Source: Eledone cirrhosa
Taxonomy: Eukaryota
DNA: 64,000 nucleotides
Reading direction: 5' to 3'
Assembly: GCA_964016885.1 (NCBI GenBank)
Contig: OZ024740.1
Location: forward strand, 63,674,001-63,738,000
The notes below the pieces were generated by a model, which was not told the DNA's origin, did not search any database, and was given only the letters and a program-made list of their open reading frames with translations. Below, one piece after another: positions 1 to 18,051 of this stretch. A program made the position numbers and the translations under genes. Numbering within the stretch: the stretch's first letter is position 1; each line of letters opens with the position of its first letter.

Positions 1-125
1 TTAACCTAATATATTCCTTCCATATACTGTAACGATTGTGTTGTTATTTCTGTTTACCTGTTACATATATATATATATATTTATTTATTAAAATAACAGA
101 TTTTAGTCTTCAAATTTATTATTAT

Positions 126-156
<31 letters not shown>

Positions 157-544
157 AGTATTGAAATTTCCGTTGGAAACAGAAAAGGTCATAGAAGTGA
201 AGAGTGCTCTATGTAAGTATCAGAGCAAAATTTAATGTATAAAAATCAATACAATATAATTACTTCATTACCAGAGGTTTCCCGAGTGAGGCGAATACGA
301 AAGAAACGTCTTCATTCGTTCGTCAGACGAGGCAATATAAAACATGGGTAAATACTGCCCCCTCGTTATCGAGTATGGCCATTGCTCGATATACCATTAT
401 TAATAATTATTAATTAATGCTATCGAGCAATGCCTGTGCGTGAAGATATTTTTTAAAGTGAGGAAAGACTGTGCACTGAGCCAATCCCAATCTCTGAGCG
501 ACAGTAGCTATAACCCGAAAAGAAGAAAAGATCAACATCATCGG

Positions 545-968
545 TAACTACTGAGCCGCAGGTTTTATATCGGAGTTATCCCAGTTTCCTGAGTTGCCTT
601 CTCCTAGAAGAATGCCCTGACAAAGGCTAGGGGTCCTTCACTCCCAGTGGTTTAACCACGCGATCGGGTGTCCAGCCCGACTATTTCTATGTCCCCTCGC
701 ATATACATACACATGCACCCATGTATATACACATATACATAAATATGTATATGTGTATATACATATTTGCACACTTTCGGATGGCCGTTGACTCTTGTGA
801 GTTTTTCCGCCCTTTGTCAGGTTTTGTTTTTTGTCCTACAGGGTAGCCAAAATCACCCTCCTCACCAAGTAAACTTGGTGGAGTTGCCGGTTTTGTCGCC
901 GACGACCCGACCATGCGATAGGTTGTACTGGGTTACATGTTACCAGTAGCACTCAAGAGTGACCCGAC

Positions 969-970
<2 letters not shown>
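545..970 (-). mobile_element. Related copy of the RTE-like 5' UTR element
   Basis: Clear similarity to 56345-56631 (caccctcctcaccaag, gtcgccgacgacccgacc, gttaccagtagcac). Confidence 0.65.
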
Positions 971-1007
<37 letters not shown>

Positions 1008-1012
<5 letters not shown>

Positions 1013-1287
1013 TAAAAGGAAAAGAAAATGGTGACAAATTTTTCCCAGTGAAAAATAGTTTAATTAGGAATAAGCATAAATTAGTAATAAGTATTGGTTA
1101 GTATTCAGTTTTAGTTTTAAGTTTTTACCGGTTGCGCATTTCTAATGCTTTTCAAAAATAATTTTAAGATAGAGCGCTCGTGATGTTTGATCTAATCTGA
1201 TCAGTTTTGGAAATTCTTCCTATCCCCCACACACGTACACACACATTCCTACTGACCGATTTATTCCCTCTACCACGAACCACTCTG

Positions 1288-1349
<62 letters not shown>

Positions 1350-1857
1350 TTGTCTTAATAGACACCTGAACTGTTGACCTTTCAACATGACTGCAACTCA
1401 CACACACATCCCTACTGACCATTATCACGACAATTAACCTCTTTACTACACACACACACACATATTTGTCTTAATAGACATGTTTTTCAGTGACTTCTCA
1501 ACATGACTGCAACTCAATCAGACGAAAAAGGACACTCTTCGACAAACCTACATTTGGCCCCAAACCAGTTCGCGCTAAAATCAATTTTAACATTCACGTG
1601 ACCTCTACCGACCAACCAAATCTGAATACCTCTGGAGCCACTTTTCTCACATAAAACAGGAAGAATTTCCAAAACTGATCAGAGCGCTCTATCTCAAAAT
1701 TATTTTTGAAAAACATTAGAAATGCGCAACCGGTAAAAACTTAAAACTAAAACTGAATACTAACCAATACTTATTACTAATTTATACTTATTTCCTAATT
1801 AAACTATTTTTCACTGGGAAAAATTTGTCAGCATTTTCTTTTCCTTTTACTAATATA
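1008..1857. mobile_element. PLE-end-like element with ~175-bp terminal inverted repeats between (TA)n tracts
   Basis: About 1008-1179 is the reverse complement of about 1682-1857; further end copies at 5557-5625 and 39722-39910. Confidence 0.7.
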
Positions 1858-1880
1858 TCACAACTCGTGTGTTACACCTC

Positions 1881-1966
<86 letters not shown>

Positions 1967-2113
1967 CTTACATATATATAAATATATGTTCGGAAAAGAT
2001 TATTTTTGTAAAAACAGGAGTAAGCAGGAGAAAGCGCTCAATAATCGTTGTTTTAGTTACGATGGAGAATTTTATAAAAGTAATAAAATAAGATGCTGAG
2101 GTTACATACATAA

Positions 2114-2162
<49 letters not shown>

Positions 2163-2219
2163 AGTGTATGTGTGTATGTGTGTGTACCAATTGTGTTGTT
2201 AATTATGTTTACCTTTCGC

Positions 2220-2254
<35 letters not shown>

Positions 2255-2689
2255 CGTCTACATATAAACAACATTGTGTGCAAAGTTTGAATTGTCGAAT
2301 CGTTGAGAGATGATGAGTTTCATAAAAAAATGTAGGTAAACTCAAACGCAGAAAAAATAGCGTAGAAAATCTTGTCACTTTTCCCTGTCTATAAGGGGTC
2401 TTTACGCGAGTGTTTAAGCTATTTATAGCAACTAGCTGTATTTACATTTTTTTTTGGGGGGGGGGGGGGGGGTCCTACATTTTCTATAAAACACATGATC
2501 TCTCGATGATTCGAAAGTTCAAACATTGCATACAATGTTGTTTACATTTTCAAAATTGTTTATCTTCTAATTTAGACGGAGATCGTTGTCAGGCGTCCTT
2601 TTGTGAGCAACATTTAGAGTAGTTAGTCAGTATCTTCATAGCCACTTTTTCCGTCTATAACAGGGTCTATGAAATATTTAGGGTTAACT

Positions 2690-3084
2690 GCCGATAGATT
2701 TAAGCAGCGTTTTTACATGCACTCTCATTCATTTCGAGCCCCTAAAAGAAGGATATGACTTCCTTTTCGGCCTATTTCTGGAGTTTAAAATACAATAACA
2801 TCCGATATAGGTTACACTGGGAGATCTTAGTTAAAGCTGATCCTATAACGAAAATAAAAGACCTTGTGATCTTTATGCCACTGAAGCTTTGGAAATCCTT
2901 TACGCCAAGAATGTATTTTAAACAAAAAACCCGATGCAATTTCATCTTATAAACATAAACTGTATAAAACATTTTTTGTATTACAGCCCAACATTATATC
3001 CTAACGGATAATATGGAGATTAGGCAGATGATATACGTCAGGATGTGATAGCTAAGAACAATCAAACTTTGCGTTGAATAGGTA

Positions 3085-3132
<48 letters not shown>

Positions 3133-3375
3133 TGTGTGTATGTGTGGGCGTGCGTATGTATATGTATATCAGAGGAATAACAACACAACCAGGAGCTGGA
3201 CATATCGATGTATTGACGGAGTAAAACACACTTCAACAACATGTGTACCTGTCTTTTCCACACCAATTTGGACTGCCTGAAGAGGTTACAGTCAATGATG
3301 GCTGTCACCGAAATATATATAGCAGTATATCTATAATTTATAATAAGCGAAGCCAAATTTTATATATTTGACTTA
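2690..3375 (+). mobile_element. PLE 3' remnant
   Basis: TSFSAYFWSLK...LHWEILVKA (GIY-YIG C-terminal region) followed by the HHR at 3272-3326. Confidence 0.65.
3272..3326 (+). ncRNA. Type I HHR with palindromic (AT) stem III
   Basis: ACTGC-CTGAAGA-GGTtACAGTC-aatgat-GGCTGTcACC-GAAATATATATA-GCAGT. Confidence 0.8.
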
Positions 3376-3481
3376 ATTATTTTACATTACTCCGGAGTAA
3401 ACAAACCAACCTGCGTACTTCGTCGAGTGCTCCAATCTGCATACTAAGGTGTCGGTAAACAACCAACATATACTCAAAATT

Positions 3482-3538
<57 letters not shown>

Positions 3539-4238
3539 ACGCATGTATATGTATGTGTGTATATGTATGTGTGTATATGTATGTGTGTATATGTATGTGT
3601 GTATATGTATATGTGGAGGCACGTGGCCTAGTGGTAAGGGTGTTGGACTTACGATCATAATGTCGTGGGCTCGATTCCTGGGTTGCGTGTTGTGTTCTTG
3701 AGCAAAACACTTCATTCACGTTGCTCCAGTATACTCAGCTGAAAATGAGTACCAGCAATAGCTGGAGGTTTAACCCTGCGATGGACTGGCGTCCTGCCCA
3801 GGTGGGGTAGTCTTGTAATCTCAGTCGCTTCACGCCATGAAACCGGGATAAGCACCGGCCAAATGAGCGTTCTGGCTTAAGACAGACTTTAGACTTTTTT
3901 TTTAGTATATGTATATATGCAGGTACATGTACGTTAGCAAACATGCACTGTATTTTTGTTACCGCATGCATCCACACCGGTCAGCGCAAACATATGTATG
4001 AGTCTTATTCCGAAAATATTACTATTAATGTTTTCAATATCATTTTTTTTTAAGGCGGTGGATTAGCAAAATCGGTATTTATGAGTTATGGCCCTTTACG
4101 TTGCGAGTTCACATCCCACCGACGTAACCTTTTCCTTTCATCCTTACGGGGGCGATAAAATAAAGCATCAATAATGCAGTGGGGTCGATTTAAACCATCC
4201 CCCCCCCCAATTGCTGGCCATGTGTCTATAGTAAAAAC

Positions 4239-4276
<38 letters not shown>

Positions 4277-4529
4277 TTTCTACAATAATAATTATTTCTA
4301 CTTTTGGCACAAGGCTAACAAATACCCCAGTGTATTACTGGTACTTTATTTTATCGACCCTGTAAGGATGAACGGCAAAGTTAACCTCGGCGGGATTTGA
4401 TCTCAGACCGTAAAGGGCTCTAACGCTATGCTGCAAAGTATGGCGTCTGGCCCTCTACCGATTCTGCCAATCCACCGCCCTGATTTCTACTATAATAATA
4501 ATACTGATTTCTACTTATATCTATAATAG

Positions 4530-5180
4530 AAATCATAAGTGTTGGTCTATTCTTTCTCCTACACCGGGGGAATTAAAAGGACAAAAAAAAAACGGTTCAG
4601 TACTATACGAACACTCCAAACAAAAACATGACGGTAATGTAGACAACATAGAAATTAAAATAATATCTAAACATAGAAATGACTCAATAGGTAGGTAAAT
4701 GAGAGAGGCAACTGAGATAGAAATAAGAAGACCGAAGTTGAACAGAAAGACCGAATGCAATAACAACAACCATACCCAAACAAACAATACTGACTTAAGG
4801 GAAATATAAATGAATAAATAAATAAATAAATAAATATATATATACACAAGTACAATAACAACAAACACATATAAACACACACTAGTGAACAAAGATAGAA
4901 TACGAAAACAAAAACACATTCACTCAAACGCGAAAACACACCAAACATTATACACACACGCAAACGCATGCGCAGAGACGGAGACAAGAGGCAATAAATA
5001 AATAAATATATAAATAAATAAAAATAAAAATGGCGTAGACATACAATACAACAGGAGGAAACATAATAGTACCACTGATGATGTTGCAGTTGTGCAACGT
5101 AAGACTATATATATATATATATAATTAACTATGGAAATATAAAAAATACAGAAGCGAAAACCAACCAAACAGTGAATGTG
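4530..5180 (+). mobile_element. PLE 3' remnant
   Basis: SVLYEHSKQKH...REATEI...PKLNRKTE; degenerate HHR at 5075-5105. Confidence 0.65.
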
Positions 5181-5424
5181 TACTATTATTCAAATCCCGC
5201 CGAGGTTGACTTTGCCTTTCATCCTTACGGGGTCGATAAAATAAAGTGCCAGTAATGTACTGTGTAATTGCTGGCCTTGTGCCTAAAGTAGAAACAATTA
5301 TTACTGGCAATATTACAACAATATGACACTCCCCAATATAACAATATTTGTTTCGACACACGATTTCACATCAAAACCCTTGCAAAAAAAAAAAATATAT
5401 ATATATATATATAAATAAATATAT

Positions 5425-5457
<33 letters not shown>

Positions 5458-5467
5458 AATATATATA

Positions 5468-5535
<68 letters not shown>

Positions 5536-5622
5536 CAGAGCAAACAACACGGACACTCTATCTCAAAATTATTTTTGAAAAGCATTTAGAAATGCGCAAC
5601 CGGTAAAAACTTAATCCGTTTA

Positions 5623-7511
<1,889 letters not shown>

Positions 7512-8089
7512 AATTGTCATAAAATATAAACACACATACGCACGGAATCACTACTATTAAAGACCAGAGACCAATTCTGTAGAATCAGGTTTATTCATTG
7601 ACAGACCATGCCTTTGTGTGACCAACACATCCATGTTAAACCCTGCACGTGCACACACGTATATCTATATATATATGCGCACACAGAATTATTTTAATTT
7701 CACTGCCCCAACTTCTTATATTATGGAAAAAATATATGTGTCTGTATGTATATATATATATATATATATTTGAAGGCCATTTCTCTGTGTGTGGGTGTAT
7801 GTATGTGTGTGTGTGTGTGTGTGTGTGTGAGTATGTGTGTGCATGTGGATGTATGTATTGTGTGTGCGTGTGTGTGTGTGTGTGTGTATGTATGTGGGTA
7901 TCTGGATGTATGCGTATGTGTATATATATATATATATATGCATGTGTGTGTGTGTGTGTGTATATATATGTGTGTGTATGTGTGTATATATATGTGTGTG
8001 TGTGTGTGTGTGTATGTTTGTATGTGTGTATGTATATATATATGTGTGTGTGTATGTATGTGTGGGGGTGTGTGTGTGGGGGTGTGGGG

Positions 8090-8169
<80 letters not shown>

Positions 8170-8200
8170 GTGTATCTGGATGTATGTGTATGTATATATA

Positions 8201-8261
<61 letters not shown>

Positions 8262-8332
8262 ATGTGTATATATATGTGTGTGTGTGTGTGTATGTGTGTA
8301 TGTATATGTATGTGTGTGTGTATGTATGTGTG

Positions 8333-8387
<55 letters not shown>

Positions 8388-8664
8388 GTATGTGTATGTA
8401 TGTGTGGATGAAGGTATGTGTGTGTATATTGCTTCCACCCCCTCACTGACCAGCAGCTGGCTATTGCTAAATCTGACCTTTATAAAATAACCCACACCCC
8501 AAATAACTTCTCATTCACTACCAGAAAGGGACACAGCAGTCAACCTGTTGTTGCTACCTAGATGAAAACTGCTATGAAATCCCACAATGAATTTTATACT
8601 TGAATTTTCAAGTCTCAAATTTTAACTCTTCGTATTATTAATTTTTCTTAATATTAATCAACAT

Positions 8665-8702
8665 TTGAAAAGATGGCTTTTGCAGACCCATCGAAACCGG
8701 TC
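8665..8702 (+). ncRNA. HHR variant (U3-A8)
   Basis: TTGAAAA-GATGG-11nt-CCATC-GAAAC-CG-GTC at the 3' end of the Neptune-type PLE; stem I is weak. Confidence 0.65.
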
Positions 8703-8819
8703 ATTTTTTATACCCTTTATTATTTCCTTACCTTATAAAATTATGTTTTTTCACAAAAAAGTATTCTGTCTCTTATATATTCCATGTGCCATTACCAACC
8801 TCAATTTTCTCTATATATG

Positions 8820-8904
<85 letters not shown>

Positions 8905-9017
8905 GTATATATATGTATATATATATATATATATATACGTTATTCCGGGTTGAATCGGAGGTAACCACAGTAAGTAAGGTACTCAATACATTGCAGAGTA
9001 TAAAAGTTTTAATATAG

Positions 9018-9096
9018 ATGAGATTCTACAGGATTCCTGATGGGATTCCTGATGATTTCTAAAGAATGAAACAGTTCTAGTCCTGTAGAATCTCAT
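9018..9096 (+). ncRNA. HHR-like core enclosed in a 16-bp inverted repeat
   Basis: CTGATGA-tTTC-TAAA-GAAt-GAAAC...GTC at 9049-9082, between atgagattctacagga and tcctgtagaatctcat. Confidence 0.45.
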
Positions 9097-9111
9097 TAAA
9101 ACTTATATATA

Positions 9112-9699
<588 letters not shown>

Positions 9700-9945
9700 C
9701 AAAGTAAGTTTGTTTTGAAACAGCGAGCGGTTTGAAATTTAGTAGAAATAGAAGCTTTCGCCGTATTTTTGACGAAAGAAAATATTTAGCCCTCTACAAA
9801 ATGGAAAAGGCTGAATATTGACGACGTCAATACACAATTCCATTTTATAGAGGGTTTCAAATCCCACTATCAGTCAAAAATACGGCGAAAGGTTGTATTT
9901 TTACAAAACACACACACACACACACATACACACACACATCATATA

Positions 9946-10033
<88 letters not shown>

Positions 10034-10098
10034 AAATAAATATATATATTGTTTAAAAAAATAAGACTCCAGTTGCATTTTCGATTTCATCTTTTTTT

Positions 10099-10148
<50 letters not shown>

Positions 10149-10584
10149 TCAGTAGATCTGTGGCATATGTTTTCACTACTTACAGCGATGAAATATCCGT
10201 TTTCCCTTAGTTGTTATCGATTTCGTATACATAAAAACAGTGAATTTCTAAATATATGCTGCCAATATTGCATTCGTTCTAATTTACTTGTACTATATAT
10301 ATAGTCGGAGGATTGATGTTTTTACTTTATCCTCGTCTTTTGTTGTTGTTATATATGTAAGTATATATACATACACACACACATATATAGCTGATAAAGA
10401 TTTGTCGATATTTTCATATGACAGCAGTATTACTAGAATTTGTTTAGTCTTAATTTAAATATATCTTCTTCACTCATCAATACTCAAATGACAGACAGTT
10501 TCGACTCTTGTCGTCTTGCTGACAAAATCACTTCCAGACATAATCAGATTCTGTATTCTCTGCAAGTGTGCTTATGTATGTCAC

Positions 10585-10631
<47 letters not shown>

Positions 10632-11322
10632 CAAAATGTTAATATGCAAATCAGGCCGATCAGTCACTGTATATTTTAGAAAATCTATATTTTCACTAGA
10701 TCTGACAGTTGGCAGGTGAACAGTGAACTGCTCTGATTAAGGGTAATCACGCAGAAACATTAGTGTCTGCAGTTCTGTTTACATGCCAACACAACACCAA
10801 GAATGAGGGGCTCATTCTACTGATATGGTTTAAAAGAGGCTGTTTGCATAACTGCAAATAATTCGAATATTATTATTAATAATCGAAAAACTCAGATTAC
10901 ATTTATATATATATATATATATATATATACCCAGACGTCATCGTCATCAGCATTGAACCCTTATATGCGGGTGGTGTCCTTGAGAAGCCGTCGTGACATA
11001 CGTGTTTTGAGCATTTTAAACCTGCTGGAGTCAATCTCTTTCCAGGTTTGAACACAACCAATTTATCAAGAGAGAGAGAGAGGGGGGGGGGAGATAGAAG
11101 CATCGACCCAAGTACTGAAAGAGAATTTTGTTTATCAACACCGAAAGAATGAAATGCAAAGTTGGCCCCTGTACAATTTATACTCAGAGAGCTGAGATCC
11201 AGAATAAACACCGCAAAGCAAGCTATCTGACGCTTTGTCAATATGTTGACAAGCTATTCGACACTATGTCAACATGTTGCCTATAAACGTAATGGTAAAG
11301 TTATTCTAATTTCTATTTACAG

Positions 11323-11382
11323 TGCGAAATATTGATAGAAGTTCATCTGTTGGAGAAAGATATTCTTCCAGGTGTCGTTCAA
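11323..11382 (+). CDS. Candidate 60-nt internal exon of an unidentified gene (CEILIEVHLLEKDILPGVVQ)
   Basis: Clean acceptor ttctatttacag and donor CAA|gtaagt, length a multiple of 3, open frame, non-repetitive sequence. No homology recognised. Confidence 0.45.
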
Positions 11383-12048
11383 GTAAGTTTTCAAAACAAT
11401 TTTATTTAGCTTTGCAATTTGCTGCTATACATCGCAACTTTAATTCATTTATAAACATTTCATCGTGGTATGTGTCATTTATAGCTTTAGAAATATTACA
11501 ATTTGTAAATGTCTGTGTGTTTATGTTTATGAGTATATAGTATTTTTTTAGTAGAGCAAATGTTACTTTTTTAAAGGCCAAATAGTTAAGAAGTTCGTTT
11601 CGCAATCATGAGATTCCTGGTTTGATCCCATTGAACGCTCTTATGTAATCTTCAATGGCCTTGAAATGACCTAAGTCTTTGATGTAAACTGTGTTGAAGC
11701 CCGTTTGATGTAGTGGATCTGTATTTCAAGAACATATAACATATTGTGATATAGTTTTATCACAATATGTTATGCTAGCTTTGCACAGGGGATATAAAAG
11801 TATGTGGAATATTCAACCACTTACACGATAAAAAAACATTTCGAGAAAATTCAGTTGAGATAAATTGCGTAAAAGCCCATCAGATGGACTTGTAATTCAA
11901 TTGGTTAACCAATAGGTAGTTCTGCGTGTGTAACAATCGGCCTGATTTCATCAGATAGCATTTAGATATGAAGACAAGCAACTTCTATAGTTTATTGATA
12001 CGAGAGCCGGCATATAGTCTGTTCACACACACACACAAACACACACAC

Positions 12049-12166
<118 letters not shown>

Positions 12167-12450
12167 CAGATTGGAGGCGGTAAAAACTAGTTAGACCATT
12201 ACTAACCAGAGTACTCGATACTTTGGGTAGTAGAGTGGATAATATGAAAAAATAAAAAAGTTCAGAACTAGTTCGGATCTAGCCGTCGGAATCCTGAATT
12301 TTTTCCTTTTTCATATATATATATATATATATATAGAAACAAGTAAGACCCCTGGGGTCTTACTTGTTCCTATTACCCACTCTACTACCTTTAGTATTGA
12401 GTACTTTGGTGCGTTATGGTCCACCTGGTTCCTTACCACATTTCCTTCGT

Positions 12451-12547
<97 letters not shown>

Positions 12548-12591
12548 AAGTTAAATAAAAGTCAAATGATTAAAATTTAGCTTCGTTTATT

Positions 12592-12646
12592 ACTGCTATA
12601 TATATTTCAGTGACAGCCATCTTTGGCTGTGACCTCTTCAGGCAGT
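12592..12646 (-). ncRNA. Type I HHR, same family as 3272
   Basis: ACTGC-CTGAAGA-GGTcACAGCC-aaagat-GGCTGTcACT-GAAATATATATA-GCAGT. Confidence 0.8.
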
Positions 12647-12762
12647 TTGAATTAGTTTGGTAGAGACAAGTACATATGTTGTTGCGGTGTACAATATTGT
12701 CAATACTCTGATATGCCCAGTTCCTTGTTGGGTTGTTAATTCACTGAGGACTTTTAATCAAC

Positions 12763-13809
<1,047 letters not shown>

Positions 13810-14621
13810 TACTCTCCTCTTCTCTTTGTATATATGTACTTGTTTATATACAAATACAATGAGAAAAGGCGAGCAAGGAGAAATATGAAATCAAGGATAG
13901 TAAGGAGAGTATATATATATATATATATATATATACAGATTATATATATATGTATATATATATATATATATTACTCAATACCGAGTACTCATTTCTCTCA
14001 GCTGTCAACCACATATGGATATATATATATTAGTAATAGGTAATTTTCCGAAAGTTAAAGTTTTGCTGCGCCTACAGTGAAAAATAGTTGTTTGCCCTAT
14101 ACTTGCGCTCTATCTCCAGCTTTGAAAGTTGCCTTCCCCATTATACTTATTGTCACTTATCCTCCTAATACCAAGAATAAGTCTGAAGAAGTTTTTAATT
14201 TAAGAGAACATTATATAAGAGATAAAAAATGTTTATCTGAAAAAATCCCTTTCCGGACGAAAACTTCAAAATTCCACGGTCGATGAGGGTCTCCTTGCAG
14301 TGCTCCCTCTAAGCTAAAGTTTTGTACAGAGTGGTTTTTTGTTAATTGAAACAAGATAGGGGAGTGGGAGCTAAATTTTTAGAAAGTTGAAAAATAAGGG
14401 CCACCCTTATATTTATATATATATATATGTAGATAAATCTACCAAAAATTTACGGTAGTGTCCAATCCGTATGAAGAACTCAATGTAATCCGGATATCAT
14501 GAAAAGAGAAGATGCATTCAAAAACTATTTTCGGTGAAAATTAACGGAAAACAGAGTCAAGATAAATTAATAAAATAATGAATAAACAAAGAAACAGTTC
14601 CTTATATTCAAAAAATTCATC

Positions 14622-14753
14622 ATTTTACGATCGTTTCTAGGATATATATGTGTTAGAGTTGGTATGCATATTCTATAGATCTATGTACAATATTTATACA
14701 AACTATCAGAGGGAATATACATACCTACACATATATATGCTGTCTTCAGAAAT
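14622..14753 (-). ncRNA. HHR with 105-nt domain II
   Basis: ATTT-CTGAAGA-cAGcATATATATGTGT...ACACATATATATcCTa-GAAAC-GATC-GTA-AAAT. Confidence 0.7.
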
Positions 14754-15462
14754 AATGATATTTGTTTATTGAAAAAAACAAAGATTCAATACAATAGGTC
14801 TGTTTGGGAACAGGTTTTGAATTGATCAATAGAGAGATAGTGAGGGTCAAGATAGTAATATAGTAGTAGAAGAACCTTAAATTATGGGTAGAGGAAGGTA
14901 GATTTCAGTTTTGGATGGAAAAGAATATTATGAATGAAAGATTATTTTAGGGATGAAAATAGGTCGTATGCTGACCTCAGAAATAATTATATTTGTTCAT
15001 TGAATAAAACCAACAAAGATCTAATATATTCTGTCTGTTTGGTAAGAGGTTTAGAATTAACCAATAGAAAGTTAATAATTGGCCAAATGGTAAAATAGTA
15101 GTAATTGAAGCTTTTTTTAGGGGTAGAATAAGGCAGATTTCAGTTTTGAATGGAGTGTGAAGAATGAGAAAGTTATTTTAGGGGTGAAAATAGGTCAGGT
15201 CAGTAAAAGGTATATGAGCAGTTGCTGTTATAAACCAGTAATGCCAATGCAAATATCTAAGGAGACTAAAATTTTATGATAAGAGTGTTAGTGAAAAAAT
15301 ACATCTATGAAAAGAATATAAATAATTTAATTGATGGGTATATTTATATTGATAAAATTATATTAATGCATATAGATATGATAAATAAGAGTTAGATGCA
15401 GTTGAAGAGTGCTGTTAAAGATGAGGGGAAATTAAACGAATATAAAAATAATATATATATAC

Positions 15463-15495
<33 letters not shown>

Positions 15496-15508
15496 TACAC
15501 ACACACAT

Positions 15509-15665
<157 letters not shown>

Positions 15666-16080
15666 TATACATACATACTCACATATATACACACACATAC
15701 ATAGTTACATATACATATAATTATTGGGGTGGGGGGATAAAATTTATTAGTGAGAAATAATAAATATATAGAGATTTCAAGGAACATAGTCATAACCTGA
15801 AGTTAGGGCATTATATATGTTTACTTAATGGTATCAGTTTTAGGAAATGATAGTTGTAAGAAGGAAAGTAAAATTATGTGGTTCATCAGTAGTAGAATAT
15901 TAATTATAGGTTAACTAAATTAAAAACAGTTTATATATTAATTTCTAAAGTGTATAGTAATTAGGTTTATAATATTTAAAGGTTTTTCTCAGTTTATGAT
16001 TACACGATATTATTAATTCCTGTCGCTTATTTAATAGGATATCCTTAGATTTCATTATTTCAAAAAGTTCTATATATATA

Positions 16081-16900
16081 TGATGGACTCTCCCGTCGAT
16101 ATCCGACGTATGAGTGTCCAACAAAAGTCCAGCCCTTTGGATGGCCGTGTCTCATATGACATTTCAATCCCACCAGTTACCCACAGACCAAGCCACATAG
16201 GTCGCAAAAGCAAGAGTTTATGGAGAGTATTGCAGGTATCAAGGCCCATTGCTTCGTCCCTGTTCGGTCAACACGCATTTTCTCTATGCGACTGGATTCA
16301 AAGCTCTTGATCGCACCATGGCACCTTCCTCTCCAGTCCTTTCTGTCAGCACCAATTTCTTCACAATCACAGAAAGGGATTGCAAGAGCAGTGAGATTTG
16401 ATTTCAACTTATCCTTATATCGTAGCCATGGTCTACCAACCTCCCTGTTGTCGCTGCTAAGCTGACCATACATGAGAACGTTTGGAATTCTGTCGTCACT
16501 CATGCGAATGACATAGCCAGCCCAACGAAGCTGAGATTGAATAAGGAAAGTTTCAATTCCCCCAATGTTGTATTTGGTTAGTATATCGGCGTTGGAGATT
16601 TTATCTTCTCGTACATGACCACAGATTGATCTCAAACATCCCTTGTGGAACACAACCAGCTGGTTTATGTGTGACCGGTATGGTGTCCAGGATTCTGATC
16701 CATAAAGCAAAGTGGTGAGAACAACTGCCTTATACACTTGCACTTTCGTATTTAGTTTTACACCTTTTCATTCCAAAGACGATGATTGAGTTTACCAAAC
16801 GCAGAGGAAGCTTTGGAGATGCGGTTGGTGACTTCATCATCTGTATACCGCCGCTACACAGTGCCATAGAAAGGTCCTCTCCAACATTCTCTGAGATTTC
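16081..16900 (-). mobile_element. RTE/BovB-like LINE 3' fragment
   Basis: VYKAVVLTTLLYGSESW...QLRWAGYVIRMSDDRIP...GRPWLRYKD. Confidence 0.85.
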
Positions 16901-17571
16901 TTCTTGATAATTGATGGTTTATACATAATATAGAGACTAATGAATATTTCCAATGTAACGTTAACTCTGATTCGTCTTTTTCCTTCCTCTTCTCCGCTCA
17001 ACCTCACCTGACCTAAACGTTAGCAATTTCCTCCGCTTTAGATTCAATGACAATCCTATCCGAAAGCTGCCGTTAGTTCGACAGCTGGACTATATCTAAC
17101 TAGTTAATAGACGTTAGTGGTTGCAATATTTAAAGTCTGAAGATAAACAATAATTGTTTCTACTTTAGGCACAAGGCCAGCAATTACCCAGTACATTACT
17201 GGTACTTTATTTTATCGACCCCGTAAGGATGAAAGGCAAAGTTAACCTCAGCAGGATTTGAACTCAGACTGTAAAGGGACGTAACTATGCTAGAAAGCAT
17301 GGTGACTGGTGCTCTACCGATTCTGCCAATCTACCACACAATAATAAAACAGAAAGAGTAAACAGCGTTCCTTGGAAGTTTAATCAAGAAAACCAAATTA
17401 TAAAAAGTAATGCTGTACCATAGTTATGTTTTGATAGTTCTTGTCTAAAAGTAATGCTGTTTCCCCACTACACACATACACACACTCACACACACATACA
17501 TGCCTTCATACATACATACATACATACATACATACATACATACATACATACATACATACATACATACATGC

Positions 17572-17908
17572 ATAACACGACTAGTTAGGAAATTACAAGT
17601 ACAATCCATTAATAGAACTCTAAAAATATGTAAAACATTCCAAAAATTCTGCATCTAATAACTGCATATACACATGTACAGACACAAAGTATATGCACAT
17701 GCACACATACAACTCAAAACATACACATCCACACATACAATAACATGCATACCTGCACACACATACATGCATGCAGACATGCATACATATCTACCTAGTT
17801 GATGTTGTGTAAATTCCAATGAGCGAGTCTTGTATCTATGTTAGAAACCGACTCTCTCTCTATTGGTAAAAATTTGTGAAATTATAAAACCAGAAGAGCA
17901 TACATACA
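17572..17908 (+). mobile_element. Short 3' fragment of the R4/Dong-like element inside (CATA)n
   Basis: Matches the 3' ends of the other copies; (CATA)n on both sides. Confidence 0.8.
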
Positions 17909-17956
17909 TATATATTGATATATGTAAGTATATATATACATATATATTTATATATG

Positions 17957-18051
<95 letters not shown>

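Noticed and set aside
3615-3690. tRNA gene
   Set aside because: A and B boxes only; it continues into a SINE body and has no full cloverleaf. The same applies to the other SINE heads.
10700-10860. Selenoprotein-like exon with in-frame TGA codons
   Set aside because: No SECIS or homology is evident; chance or pseudogene decay is more likely.
11925-11960. CTGATGA-AATC-aggcc-GATT hairpin on the minus strand as an HHR
   Set aside because: It is followed by GTTAC rather than GAAA, with no stem I or III. Isolated CTGATGA at about 18375, 18443, 22027 and 30014 also lack the rest of the fold.
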